From Octopus sinensis (taxonomy: Eukaryota), in the NCBI RefSeq assembly GCF_006345805.1, contig NW_021834582.1, positions 1-64,000 of the forward strand: a stretch of DNA of 64,000 bases, written 5' to 3'. Of this stretch, positions 62,569-64,000 are shown in pieces. Each line of letters starts with the position of its first letter. Position 1 is the first letter of the stretch. Below the pieces are notes generated by a model. That model was not told the origin of the DNA and made no database searches. It was given only the letters and a program-made list of their open reading frames with translations. Made by a program: the position numbers and the translations under genes.

Positions 62569-64000
62569 TATATCACATTCCGATACTACTTTCCTGATAA
62601 TTTCACGTTTAACAAACAAATATCTTTAATTACAAAACTTTTCCAACGTGTTATGTCCACAATGAGTCAGTTGATGAATTTGCGTAGCCACTAATTACAT
62701 CTCCTCATGATTGTCTGCAGAAATGACTATTTTATGGTTTCCACATGAGTCTTTAAGATATAGCCGTCCGGTAATGAAAGTAAAATTCTTCGACTTTTGA
62801 ATTAATTTGTATTTTTTGTTTAGATATTCCAATGATCCCCTGCTCTTCCAATATTTTAACTATATCATCATATTCTTGGACAGTTTAGACAAAACAGCGA
62901 GGCATCAAGAAAACTTTATAGAATACGCATGTTAAATCATCAATTTAAAAATTATCAAATGCTGCGCCTTTTAAAAATATTGAAATTATATATTTCTTAA
63001 TTTAATATAATAACTAAGAAAATTTAGGTTTAATTTTTATAAAAAATGCTTAAAATGTTAAATTCGAGCATTCGGTAAACCCGCAGCGCTAGCGCCTGTG
63101 ACATTAAAACTTTGAAAGTTATTCGAAAGGTGTTTAATCGAGTTTTCCAGTACTTTATTTAAAATCCTATTAAATGAAAAGTAAAACTTCACTGTAACTG
63201 TATTTTATTCAATACAAACGTTTTTGATTAAAAAAACAAAAAAATAATTTTTATTAAAAAATTTAACTATTTTAATTTTAATTAAAATTACATTGCTTAT
63301 TCAGAACATAATTTCTGGTTATTGGTTTTTCCTGTTTTAAGTGAAAAATTGAATTATTTAAAGAGTTATAACCCCCTAATCACATGCTGTTATTAATTTC
63401 AATTTTGAAAATTGTTTAAACTATATTCAAGCCGTTTTAATTTTTTTAAAAGAATTTCGCATTAATAAAATCTTAAGTTTTGATTAAATCATTGTCGGAG
63501 TTTTGCTATTTCAATCTGATTAATTAGAAACATTTTTTCATTTGAAAATAACCTTATCCACTTTTGTTAAGTTTTAGTGAACTTGAAGATTGAAAGTTCT
63601 GTGAAAAATATATATTATTTAAGAATATGTTTTAATCAAGAAAGATATCTGACCTAAGGAAAATAAAAACCTCAAACGACAGACATTTTGTTGAATGCTG
63701 GCATAAACGGACATGGATTTGTTTTTTTCTGAAGGAGGACTAAAACCAAATCGATTTTTTGGAACATTATTTCTTGTTCAGAAATCAAATGCACTTGAAA
63801 TATCAAATCTTGCTAATTTTAAAATTTCTTTTTATCGTTGCCATAGAACACATATTTACATATACCATAAATAACATATGGTAAAGTTAACGAAAAGCTT
63901 ATGAAAATAATCATGAGGCTAGATTGAGTAAGCCACAGTTTGGACAGTTCAGAGTTTTATTCAGACCATATTTGAAAGTAGGTTTCTAGTCCATTGTGGT

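Larger units (their letters stand above)
61090..62760 (-). pseudogene. HHCC zinc finger plus rve integrase, with two micro-introns and two MITE insertions
   Basis: HQLTHCG...ECDI|CRF, ERFQIDLIDLKR, LHSDNGTEFKN, SQGIIEHFNQT and HSSTG|NTPF. Confidence 0.85.
60771..63103 (-). mobile_element. Second Ginger2/Tdd-like TIR integrase element (decayed)
   Basis: Termini TGTCACAGGCGCT ... AGCGCCTGTGACA, with further gapped inverted match. Integrase inside. TSD unclear. Confidence 0.8.

Noticed and set aside
60766-63108. TSD for the second Ginger element
   Set aside because: The flanks TATTA and TTAAA share only TTA. Not convincing.

Overview
AT-rich eukaryotic (animal) genomic DNA. Genes are compact and split by very short spliceosomal introns (those I measured are about 21-32 nt), which with the cilia gene SPAG17 suggests a dicyemid mesozoan (inference, not verified). 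Host genes rebuilt by eye: eIF3F, WIPI/WDR45, PP2D1, PAK1IP1, Lhx2/9, CENP-C, a DHHC palmitoyltransferase, a NO VEIN-like GHKL ATPase/nuclease, GH35 beta-galactosidase, CDC50, SPAG17, a CUB-LDLa membrane protein, actin and CACNB. Mobile DNA: two Ginger-like TIR integrase elements carrying pogo insertions, a Helitron inside a hAT inside a pogo, decayed LINE fragments and one intact CRE-like (RT plus restriction-like endonuclease) retrotransposon. That retrotransposon is the standout. It has an N-terminal PHD finger, perfect 29-bp terminal inverted repeats, a long poly(A) at the opposite end from where a LINE tail belongs, and a 13-bp TSD. Also notable: host-sized micro-introns inside transposase genes, four GC-AG micro-introns, a beta-galactosidase lacking its acid/base catalytic loop and a divergent CENP-C motif. 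All gene models are manual and their boundaries approximate.
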